The notes beneath the pieces were generated by a model that was not told the DNA's origin, searched no databases, and saw only the letters and a program-made list of their open reading frames with translations. Below, piece by piece: positions 57,058 through 64,000 of a stretch of DNA of 64,000 bases (position 1 is its first letter; every line of letters begins with the position of its first letter). Location of the stretch: contig DATMMS010000001.1 in NCBI GenBank assembly GCA_035569605.1, positions 91,521 to 155,520 of the forward strand. Reading direction: 5' to 3'. The stretch comes from Candidatus Solibacter sp. GTDB lineage: Bacteria > Chloroflexota > Dormibacteria > DASZGP01. A program made the position numbers and the translations under genes.

Positions 57058-58713
57058 GTGCTTGGGGTGGGGGCGGTGGGTCTCCTGGTCTGGCCCCGAG
57101 CGCTGATCTTCATGGCCGGCGAGGCCGCCGCTTTGGCGCTCCTCCTCAGGCTGTGGGCGGTAACCGCGGGCGGATCGTTGTCGCAGTCCGTCTATCAGCC
57201 GCTGTCGGGCATCCAGCTTTCCTACCGGGTCGATCACCTGGGGCTGTTCTTCGCGATCACGGGGATCGCCCTGGGGCTGCTCCTGGCGCTGCCCTGGCTG
57301 GACCGGCCGTTGGCCCGCACCGGGCGCCGGGGGGCTTGGGTGCTGACGGCTCAATTCGGCATGGTCAGCGCGGTGCTGGCCGGCGGGCTCGAGACCCTGG
57401 CCGCCGGCTGGGCGATGGCGGTGGCCGGGCTGATCCTGCTGGCTCTGCTGCAGCGGCGGGTGGCTCCGCCGATCGCGATGGACGGACCGACCTCACGTTA
57501 CGTGGCGATCCAGGCATCCGCCGCTGCCCTGCTGCTGGCCGGTGCGGTCGCCGCCGAGACCCGTGCGGGCACGGGCGCGTTCGACTCGATCCCGGTGAGC
57601 GCGTTCGACGTGCGCGGGGTGTTGCTGCTGGGAGCTGCCCCGATCGCGGCGCTGATGACGTTGCAGCTCCTCTGCCGGGCTCTTCACCGTCCGCTGCTGG
57701 CCTCGCTGGCCGCCGTGACGGTGGTGGTCCCGATGTCGGTCTATGTGCTCGTCCGCATCTACGACCTCGGCGGGGGGCGTCTTCCCGACAGCCGTCTGGG
57801 CGCCGCTCTGGTCGCTCTCGGCGGTGTCACCGCGCTGGGCTTCTCGGTCGCGTCCCTGTGGGCGGTTGACCTCGGCGCCGCGGTCGCGCGTTTGGTCCAG
57901 GCCGCCGCCGGGATCACGCTGGTGGCTCTGGGAGCTGGAACCGGCCTGGCCCTCGCTGTCGGAATCCTGGCGCCGATCAGCCTTGGCCTGGGGGTCGCGG
58001 CGCTGCTGACGACAGCCCAGGCCGGTGGGGGACGGCTGCCCGGCGCGACCCGCGCCTGGTCGCGCTGGTTGGTGGGAGCCCCGGTAGTGGTTGCGCTCGC
58101 GTGGACCGCGGGTCTGCCTGTGGGCCTGTCATCTTTCGAGCGCCTCGCCGCCGTAAGCGCCGGCTTCGACGCCGGCGGCCTGGCTGCCACTCCCAGCATC
58201 CTGGCCGTGCTGGCGCTACCCGTGATGCTGGTGGCGGCATACTACTGCGGCAGGTTTGGCGGCGGACGGGCTCCCATCGGTGAAGCCCGCACCCGGCTGC
58301 TGGTCCTCGGGGTCGCCCTGGTGGCGGCTGGGCTCGCCGTGCCGTCTCTGCAGACCCAGGCGGCGGGATTGGCGGCCGCCGTGTCGCGGCTGCCGGCGCC
58401 GGAGCTTCAGAGTGCGGTAGCGTCGGTACGACCGGGGGCGACCGGATCTGTGATCGCCGCGGCGCTGATAGCAATTGCCGCCGTCGGCGTGGCGGCGCAA
58501 CGCCGCGTTCCTGTGGGCGACGGATTCCCGGGCGCGACGTTCTCGCTCCCGCCTCGGCTGGCGGTTGCACCGGGGATATACGGGATCAGGTTTGGTGCGG
58601 CGAGCCGCCGGCAGGGCGGTCGCATCGCGGCCTTGGTGCGCAGGCATTCGCTGGTTGCCGGGATCCTGGCTTGGGGCGGGGCGGCTTTCGCGGCCGCGAC
58701 GTTGCTGCGATGA
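57058..58713 (+). CDS. Divergent proton-antiporter-like (NuoL/M/N / MrpD-related) polytopic membrane protein
   Basis: About 14 or more hydrophobic helices. The N-terminal segment IQLSYRVDHLGLFFAITGIAL resembles the conserved D-x-L-S start of the antiporter-like subunit family. Start uncertain (GTG at 57058, 57067 or 57076, or a later ATG). Confidence 0.55.
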   Translation: MLGVGAVGLLVWPRALIFMAGEAAALALLLRLWAVTAGGSLSQSVYQPLSGIQLSYRVDHLGLFFAITGIALGLLLALPWLDRPLARTGRRGAWVLTAQFGMVSAVLAGGLETLAAGWAMAVAGLILLALLQRRVAPPIAMDGPTSRYVAIQASAAALLLAGAVAAETRAGTGAFDSIPVSAFDVRGVLLLGAAPIAALMTLQLLCRALHRPLLASLAAVTVVVPMSVYVLVRIYDLGGGRLPDSRLGAALVALGGVTALGFSVASLWAVDLGAAVARLVQAAAGITLVALGAGTGLALAVGILAPISLGLGVAALLTTAQAGGGRLPGATRAWSRWLVGAPVVVALAWTAGLPVGLSSFERLAAVSAGFDAGGLAATPSILAVLALPVMLVAAYYCGRFGGGRAPIGEARTRLLVLGVALVAAGLAVPSLQTQAAGLAAAVSRLPAPELQSAVASVRPGATGSVIAAALIAIAAVGVAAQRRVPVGDGFPGATFSLPPRLAVAPGIYGIRFGAASRRQGGRIAALVRRHSLVAGILAWGGAAFAAATLLR

Positions 58714-59270
58714 CTGCGTCCCAGGCCGGAGAACTGTCGCTCGCCTGGCTGGCGCTGGCCGCCACGCTCACGGCGGTGCTTTCGCGCCGGGCATCCCGGC
58801 GGGGTTGGGCGGGGGCCGCCCTGCTGCTGTCGGGTTGGCTGGCCATCAGCGAGTCCCCGGCCCTCGGCTCTGCGCTTGCCGTGGCGACGGTGGCGGGGCT
58901 GGTCCTCGAAGGCGATCCGCCCCTGTCCGCGCCCGACTTCGCGCGGGTCACGCGGCGACTGGGGCTGCTGGCGGTGGCAGTGGTGGCCGCGGTGGTGGTG
59001 CTGGCGCGTTTCGCGCAGGTTGAGGCGTCGCAGGCACCTTATGCCTTCCCTCTTGTGGCGCTCGGGATGGTGTCGCTGATCGCGCTCTTCGCGGCCTCCG
59101 AGCCGGCCGAAGCCCAGCGGGCCGCTCGCCTGCTGCTGGCGGTCGCCGTGGCCGCCTGGACCGTCGCCACCGGCGGCAGCCAGCCGGCGGTGGCGCTGGC
59201 GGCGGCGGCAGCTCTTCCGACCCTGGCGGTGGCGTTCAATCCCGCCGCCGGCCACGAGGTCCGACAGTGA
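58710..59270 (+). CDS. Small polytopic membrane protein, unknown function
   Basis: ATGA overlap with the upstream gene and GTGA overlap with the downstream gene. About 5 hydrophobic helices. Confidence 0.5.
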   Translation: MTASQAGELSLAWLALAATLTAVLSRRASRRGWAGAALLLSGWLAISESPALGSALAVATVAGLVLEGDPPLSAPDFARVTRRLGLLAVAVVAAVVVLARFAQVEASQAPYAFPLVALGMVSLIALFAASEPAEAQRAARLLLAVAVAAWTVATGGSQPAVALAAAAALPTLAVAFNPAAGHEVRQ

Positions 59271-60514
59271 GCTACGAAGCGATCGACCTGGCCGCCCTGC
59301 TCGCGCTCCCGGCTGTCGCCGCTGCCATCTATCGTTTTCGCCCCGACACCGCCGCGCGGGTAAGCGTGATCGCGCTGATCGGGCTGGCCGCCGGGCTGGC
59401 CGTCCTGCCGGTGGATCGCCAGATCGGCGGCGGCGGCCTGGTCCTGGCCGTCAGCGGCTTCGGCAAAGGTGCCCTTTGGCTTTCGATGCTCGGCGTCGCC
59501 ATCGCGGTGCTCGCCGTCAACCAGAGACCCGGCGCCGACGGCGCAATCGCCTGGTCCGCCCAGCTGGCCGCCACTCTGCTGGTGGCGGCGCGTTCCCCGG
59601 TTCTCATGCTGGCTGTGGTGATGGTCATAGCCGTGGTGCTGCCTCGTCTGGAGCCCGGGGTTGAGTTGGGCCTGGGCTGGTCCCGCTGCCTGATCGCGGG
59701 CGCCGCCCTGGTGACCGCGGCTCTGATGTCCTCGATCGCAGCCCCGCCGCGATTCAGCGATCACACCACCGCGGTGCTCCTGGTGCTGGGTTTCGCGATC
59801 ATGCTGGGGGCGATGCCGTTCGGCGTGGGCCTGCGCCAGTGGCTGATCCACGCGCCCGCGAGGCTGGCGATTCTCGCTACCGGCTGCCTGGTGCCGGCGC
59901 TGGCGACCACCATGGTCAACGCTCTCGCCGATTTCAGTCAGGTGCACCTGGCGACATCGGCGGGCACGCTGATCGCAGCTTTCGGTGCTCTCACGCTGAT
60001 CCTCGGTTCGATGGCCCAACTGGGTGCCTCGGGCTGGCGCGATCTCGCCGCGGATGGAGTGATGGCCGATCTCGGCCTGGTCATGGTCGGGATCGGCGCG
60101 CTTGATATCAACGGCCTCCAGGGGGCGTCGCTGGCGCTACTGGTGATGGTCCTGGCGCGACCCTTCCTCTACCTGCTGGAGGAGATGGCGATGTCTGGAC
60201 CGTGGGCGTGGATGGGGGCGGGGGCGGCGCTGTTCGCCGCCTGCGGACTTCCGCCGACGGTCGGGTTCGCGGCCCGGCTGCTGCTGCTGGGCTCTGCCTT
60301 CCACATCCATCCCGTGCTCGCGGCTGCGGTTGTGGCCGGCATCGCGGTCGAGATCTTCGCCTCAGCCCGGCTGCTGCTGCGCATCGGCGTTCCCCTGGCG
60401 GGGCCCGAGCCGAGGACCGGGCTGGCGCCTTTGGCGATCGTTGTGGCAGGCCTGGTCGTCGCCGGCGGCCTGGTCCCGGCGGGGGTGCTGACGTACATCT
60501 GGAACCTTGGCTGA
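59267..60514 (+). CDS. Divergent NuoN/MrpD-like antiporter-family membrane protein
   Basis: The segments MLGAMPFGVGLRQWLIHAP, RDLAADGVMADLGLVMVGIG and ACGLPPTVGFAARLLLL parallel the PFHxWxPD, RxLAYSSIxHxG and GxPPxxGFxxK motifs of NuoN. The usual charged residues are replaced. Confidence 0.55.
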   Translation: MSYEAIDLAALLALPAVAAAIYRFRPDTAARVSVIALIGLAAGLAVLPVDRQIGGGGLVLAVSGFGKGALWLSMLGVAIAVLAVNQRPGADGAIAWSAQLAATLLVAARSPVLMLAVVMVIAVVLPRLEPGVELGLGWSRCLIAGAALVTAALMSSIAAPPRFSDHTTAVLLVLGFAIMLGAMPFGVGLRQWLIHAPARLAILATGCLVPALATTMVNALADFSQVHLATSAGTLIAAFGALTLILGSMAQLGASGWRDLAADGVMADLGLVMVGIGALDINGLQGASLALLVMVLARPFLYLLEEMAMSGPWAWMGAGAALFAACGLPPTVGFAARLLLLGSAFHIHPVLAAAVVAGIAVEIFASARLLLRIGVPLAGPEPRTGLAPLAIVVAGLVVAGGLVPAGVLTYIWNLG

Positions 60515-61118
60515 CAGCCGGCCGGTAATCCTGGCGTCGGCTTCGCCACGGCGGCTCGAGCTGCTGCGCGCCGCCGGTGCACGCCCGGCGGTTGAGCCGT
60601 CCCGCTTTGACGAGGGCTCAGTGCGGGACCTACCGCCCCGCGCCCAGGCGCTGGCGGCGGCGCGCGGCAAGGCCATGGATGTTGCCGGGCGCCGGCCCAA
60701 CTCGCTGGTCATCGGCGCGGATACCGTGGTCGCGCTGGGGCGGCGCGCGCTGGGCAAGCCTCGCGATGCCGGCGACGCCGCGGCGATGCTCACGAGGCTC
60801 GGCGGTCGCGACCACCACGTTCACAGCGCGATCTGCCTGGTAGCGCCCGGGGGCCGCCGCGTTTCCGGGCTCAGCTCGAGCGTGGTTCGCTTCAACCGCC
60901 TGACCCGAGCGCGGATTCTGACCTACGTCGCCGGTGGCGAGCCGATCGGCAAAGCCGGTGCCTACGCGATCCAGGGCGAGGCGGCCGAGTTCGCGCACGT
61001 GGTTCGCGGCCGCAGGGACACCGTCATCGGGCTGTCCACCGGACTTCTGCTTCGACTTCTCCGCCAGATCGAGGATCCGCTGGCGAAAACCCTCTCTGAT
61101 AACCTCGATCCCTCTTGA
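60507..61118 (+). CDS. maf: Maf-like nucleoside triphosphate pyrophosphatase (septum formation protein)
   Basis: ILASASPRRLELL, GADTVV, and AGAYAIQG motifs. The TTG start overlaps the upstream stop. Confidence 0.85.
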   Translation: MADSRPVILASASPRRLELLRAAGARPAVEPSRFDEGSVRDLPPRAQALAAARGKAMDVAGRRPNSLVIGADTVVALGRRALGKPRDAGDAAAMLTRLGGRDHHVHSAICLVAPGGRRVSGLSSSVVRFNRLTRARILTYVAGGEPIGKAGAYAIQGEAAEFAHVVRGRRDTVIGLSTGLLLRLLRQIEDPLAKTLSDNLDPS

Positions 61119-61211
61119 GCGTGATCGATTGCACCCCGCAAATCCGGGTACCCGCGCACGCTCTGCGGGCGTGGGTGTGATGGTTTGCGGGGGCCCCGCA
61201 CAGATTCTCCA

Positions 61212-62267
61212 ATGAGTGTTATTGATTCAGTTCTCGGGTTGTGGTCCTCTGATATGGGGATCGACCTCGGCACCGCCAACACCCTGGTCCACGTCCGTGG
61301 CCAGGGCATTGTGCTCAACGAGCCGTCGGTTGTGGCGATGTCCAAGCCTGGAAACGTGGTGCTTTCGGTGGGGGTGGATGCGCGCAAGATGCTCGGCCGC
61401 ACGCCCGCCGACATCGTCGCCATGCGCCCCCTCAAAGACGGCGTGATCGCCGACTTCGACGTCACCGAGCAGATGATCAAGTACTTCATTGCCAAGGTTC
61501 ACAACCGCAGCTGGCACGTCAGCCGCCCTCGAACCGTGCTGGGTGTTCCCAGCGGCGTGACCGAGGTTGAGAAGCGCGCCGTCACCGACGCCGCCATCCA
61601 CGCCGGCTGCCGCGAGGCCTACCTGGTCGAGGAGCCGATGGCGGCCGCGATCGGCGCCGGGCTGCCGATCCAGGAGGCCACCGGCTCGATGATCGTCGAC
61701 ATAGGTGGTGGCACCAGCGAGGTCGCCGTCGTATCGCTGGGTGGGATCGTCGCCAGCAAGTCGATCCGGATCGGCGGCGACGAGATGGACCAGGGCATCG
61801 TCCAGTTCGTGCGCCGCAACTTCAACCTCCTGATCGGCGACCGCACCGCCGAGGACATCAAGATCGCGATGGGCTCCGCGTACCCGCTGCCCGAGGACAA
61901 GAAGTTCCATGTCCGCGGGCGGGACCTCATGACGGGCCTGCCCAAGACCGTTGAGATGACAACCATCCAGGTCCGCGAGGCGCTCGCCGACGTGGTCACC
62001 GCGATCGTCACCACGGTCAAGGAGACGCTCGAGGACACTCCCCCGGAGTTGATCACCGACATCATGGACCGTGGCGTGATCCTGGCCGGCGGCGGCGCCC
62101 TGCTGCGCGGACTGGACGAGCTGCTGGCCCACGAGACGATGATGCCGGTCTACGTCGCCGAGGACCCGCTGACCACGGTTGTGCGTGGCACCGGGATCGT
62201 GCTGGAGGAGCTCGACACCCTCAAGCGGGTGGTGATCACCTCGCAGAAGGCCAAAGCCCTGCGCTGA
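61212..62267 (+). CDS. mreB: Rod shape-determining protein MreB
   Basis: DMGIDLGTANTLV, EPMAAAIGAG, DIGGGTSEVAV, and GIVLAGGGALLRGLD motifs. Confidence 0.95.
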   Translation: MSVIDSVLGLWSSDMGIDLGTANTLVHVRGQGIVLNEPSVVAMSKPGNVVLSVGVDARKMLGRTPADIVAMRPLKDGVIADFDVTEQMIKYFIAKVHNRSWHVSRPRTVLGVPSGVTEVEKRAVTDAAIHAGCREAYLVEEPMAAAIGAGLPIQEATGSMIVDIGGGTSEVAVVSLGGIVASKSIRIGGDEMDQGIVQFVRRNFNLLIGDRTAEDIKIAMGSAYPLPEDKKFHVRGRDLMTGLPKTVEMTTIQVREALADVVTAIVTTVKETLEDTPPELITDIMDRGVILAGGGALLRGLDELLAHETMMPVYVAEDPLTTVVRGTGIVLEELDTLKRVVITSQKAKALR

Positions 62268-62339
62268 GGCGCGGGTGCCCGCGTTGCCGCGGGTGAAGCG
62301 CCCAATCTGGCTTAATCCGCCGCTGTTAACCTTGCTCCG

Positions 62340-63170
62340 ATGATGCGACGGGGCTCGCAGATTCGAGCCATATCCTATTTCGTGATCGCGGTGGCGCTGG
62401 CCATCGTGCTGATCAGCGTCGGCCAGAGCCTTCACTTCGACGCGGCGCGTTCGGTGACCTCCAACGTGCTGTCGCCGCTGCAGGGATTCGTCAGTGGCGT
62501 GACCAACGGTGTCGGCGGCGCGATTTCCACGATCAGGTCCGTCGGCGACCTGGCCGACGAGAACAAGCGGCTCAAACAGCAGGTGGGCGACCTCCGCCAC
62601 CAGCTGGCCGATCAGCAGCTTTCGGGTCTGACCGACGAGCAGCTCAAGTCGATGCTGGGTCTCCGCGACAACCTCCACATCCACACCGTCGCTGCCGACG
62701 TCATTGGGCTGGACCCCGAGGGACTGACCCAAACGATGACCATCCACGCCGGCTCCAAGCAGGGGGTGCGGCCGGGTATGTCAGTGCTCGGGCAGCACGG
62801 CCTGGTCGGTAGGGTGTCGTCGGTTCAGTCAAATACGGCCGCGGTCCGGCTCATCAGCGACCCCCAGCTGCCGGTCAACGTCGAGCTTGCGACGAGCCAC
62901 CTGGGCGGCACCCTGACCGTCAACAATGGCCAGCTGGTCGACCAGATCCTGGGAGCGCCGACAGACGTCAAGGTCAACCGATCCGACCTGCTGGTCACCT
63001 CGGGCCTGGGCGGGAACTACCCCAAGGGGTTGCCCGTCGCCGAGGTTTCGAAGTTCCAGTACCGGCCGGCGGAGATAACACAGACCGCGGAGGTGGCGCC
63101 GCTCGACGACCTCGCCCACCTCGAGTACGTGATGGTGGACATCGACTTCGTGCCGGAGGGCGGACAGTGA
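62340..63170 (+). CDS. mreC: Rod shape-determining protein MreC
   Basis: N-terminal TM helix, coiled coil (ENKRLKQQVGDLRHQL), beta-barrel repeats, and the GLGGNYPKGLPVAEV motif. Confidence 0.85.
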   Translation: MMRRGSQIRAISYFVIAVALAIVLISVGQSLHFDAARSVTSNVLSPLQGFVSGVTNGVGGAISTIRSVGDLADENKRLKQQVGDLRHQLADQQLSGLTDEQLKSMLGLRDNLHIHTVAADVIGLDPEGLTQTMTIHAGSKQGVRPGMSVLGQHGLVGRVSSVQSNTAAVRLISDPQLPVNVELATSHLGGTLTVNNGQLVDQILGAPTDVKVNRSDLLVTSGLGGNYPKGLPVAEVSKFQYRPAEITQTAEVAPLDDLAHLEYVMVDIDFVPEGGQ

Positions 63171-63670
63171 GCCTCTGGCTGGCTTTCCCGATGCTGGTGC
63201 TGCTCTCGGTGCTCCAGACGTCGATGGTGCCGCAGCTAGCCATCGGTGGGGCGCGTCCGCAGCTGGTGCTGGTGTGGGTCGTCTGCTGGGCGGTGGTCAG
63301 GGGTAGGGGAGAGGCGATGACATGGGCGATCTTCGCCGGGCTGCTGCTCGACCTGCTCTCGCAGATGCCGCCGGGGGCGCACCTCCTGGCTCTCACCCTG
63401 GTCGCCTTCATCGCCGACCTCGGTCACACAGTGATGCAGGGCAGCACCGCGCTCTTCGCGGCGGCCGCAGTGTTCGCCGCCAGCCTGGTCTACGGGATCG
63501 TGCTGGTCTTGGTCCTGGCGGCCACCGGTCGCCCCGTCGAGCTTGCCGACACCGTTGTCCTCAACATCTTTCCCGGCGCCCTGTACAACCTCGCCGTCCT
63601 GGTGCCGATCTTCATCTTCCTGCGCGGGTTCGATCGTCGCTTCCCGGTCTCAGTCCTGCCCGCGTGGTGA
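63167..63670 (+). CDS. mreD: Rod shape-determining protein MreD
   Basis: GTGA overlap with mreC. 5 TM helices. Position and size are typical of MreD. Confidence 0.75.
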   Translation: MSLWLAFPMLVLLSVLQTSMVPQLAIGGARPQLVLVWVVCWAVVRGRGEAMTWAIFAGLLLDLLSQMPPGAHLLALTLVAFIADLGHTVMQGSTALFAAAAVFAASLVYGIVLVLVLAATGRPVELADTVVLNIFPGALYNLAVLVPIFIFLRGFDRRFPVSVLPAW

Positions 63671-64000
63671 GATGGCCGCGCCGGCAGCGGCGTTTGATCG
63701 ATCCCAATAACCCCCGGCCTCGCCTCGCCGCCGACGCCACCCGACCGGACGAGAACCCATTTGGCCCGCGCTCGGTCGAACAGCAGGCGCTCGACCGGCC
63801 GATATCGCCACGGCTGGCGCTCTCCGGGCTGTTGGTCCTGGTCGCCTTCGCGGGGCTGGTCTACAACCTGTTCGCGCTGCAGATCACGCAGAGCAACCGC
63901 TTCGCGGCGCTGGCCGAAGGCAACCGGATCCGCAAGGAGACCGTGCTGGCGCCGCGCGGGATCATCTTCGACCGTCACGGTGTCCAGCTGGTGCAGAACA
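63664..64000 (+). CDS. mrdA: Penicillin-binding protein 2 (elongasome transpeptidase), N-terminal fragment running off the window
   Basis: The frame is open to the window end and is absent from the ORF track because there is no stop. It shows a TM helix (LSGLLVLVAFAGLVY), then ALAEGNRIRKETVLAPRGIIFDRHGVQLVQN, the PBP2 dimerisation-domain signature. The GTG start (63664 or 63667) overlaps the mreD stop. Confidence 0.7.
   Translation, partial: MVRWPRRQRRLIDPNNPRPRLAADATRPDENPFGPRSVEQQALDRPISPRLALSGLLVLVAFAGLVYNLFALQITQSNRFAALAEGNRIRKETVLAPRGIIFDRHGVQLVQN

Noticed and set aside
62278-62293. Hairpin CCCGCG-TTGC-CGCGGG between mreB and mreC as a terminator.
   Set aside because: No U-tract follows it. 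mreC and mreD are expected to be co-transcribed with mreB. At most it is a weak attenuator or stability element.

Overview
High-GC, gene-dense chromosomal window from a terrabacterial genome. I lean to Actinomycetota or a related lineage such as Chloroflexota or Dormibacterota, based on a WS/DGAT gene, GAAC-N4-GTTC SOS-like boxes and frequent leaderless-type promoters. I support about 70 protein genes and one tRNA-Arg(ACG). I see no rRNA, CRISPR array, transposase or integrase. Many long ORFs in the track are antisense or out-of-frame shadows of real genes, as expected at this GC content. Left to right: a MarR gene cut by the window edge; a 6-gene minus-strand operon (OmpR-type regulator, sensor kinase, HlyD-type adaptor, ABC ATPase, FtsX/MacB-type permease, Gly-rich lipoprotein); a glycosyltransferase, methyltransferase and prenyltransferase-like triad; a GGDEF cyclase; a uracil-DNA glycosylase; a HelY-like helicase; fatty-acid genes; an orphan ParA with a small coupled partner; CvpA; an acyl-CoA dehydrogenase; an amidinotransferase-fold gene with an FAD oxidoreductase; a PrsA/SurA-like lipoprotein; ThpR; tRNA-Arg with an adjacent lower-GC HNH endonuclease; a ferric-reductase-like, ApbE and TAT-signal protein operon divergent from msrA; Fpg/Nei; a radical-SAM SplB-like gene; WS/DGAT, patatin, flavin monooxygenase and MpaB accessory genes; cydAB; a sortase with a Lys/Ala/Pro-rich tail coupled to a sirtuin; tig-clpP-clpX; a MarR/SRPBCC/VOC/OsmC islet; then valS, a zinc-ribbon membrane protein, three divergent antiporter-like membrane proteins, maf, mreBCD and a PBP2 cut by the window edge. 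The strongest candidates for undescribed biology are: (1) Phe/Gly-rich segments shared by the lipoprotein, the adaptor and the kinase sensor loop of the efflux locus; (2) the degenerate complex-I/Mrp-like membrane trio wired into the valS-maf-mreBCD operon; (3) the sortase with a histone-like tail coupled to Sir2; (4) the putatively SOS-controlled leaderless HNH endonuclease at tRNA-Arg; (5) the orphan ParA with a small partner; (6) an ApbE operon with no recognisable flavinylation substrate. All functional calls rest on motif recognition by eye. No database search was run.
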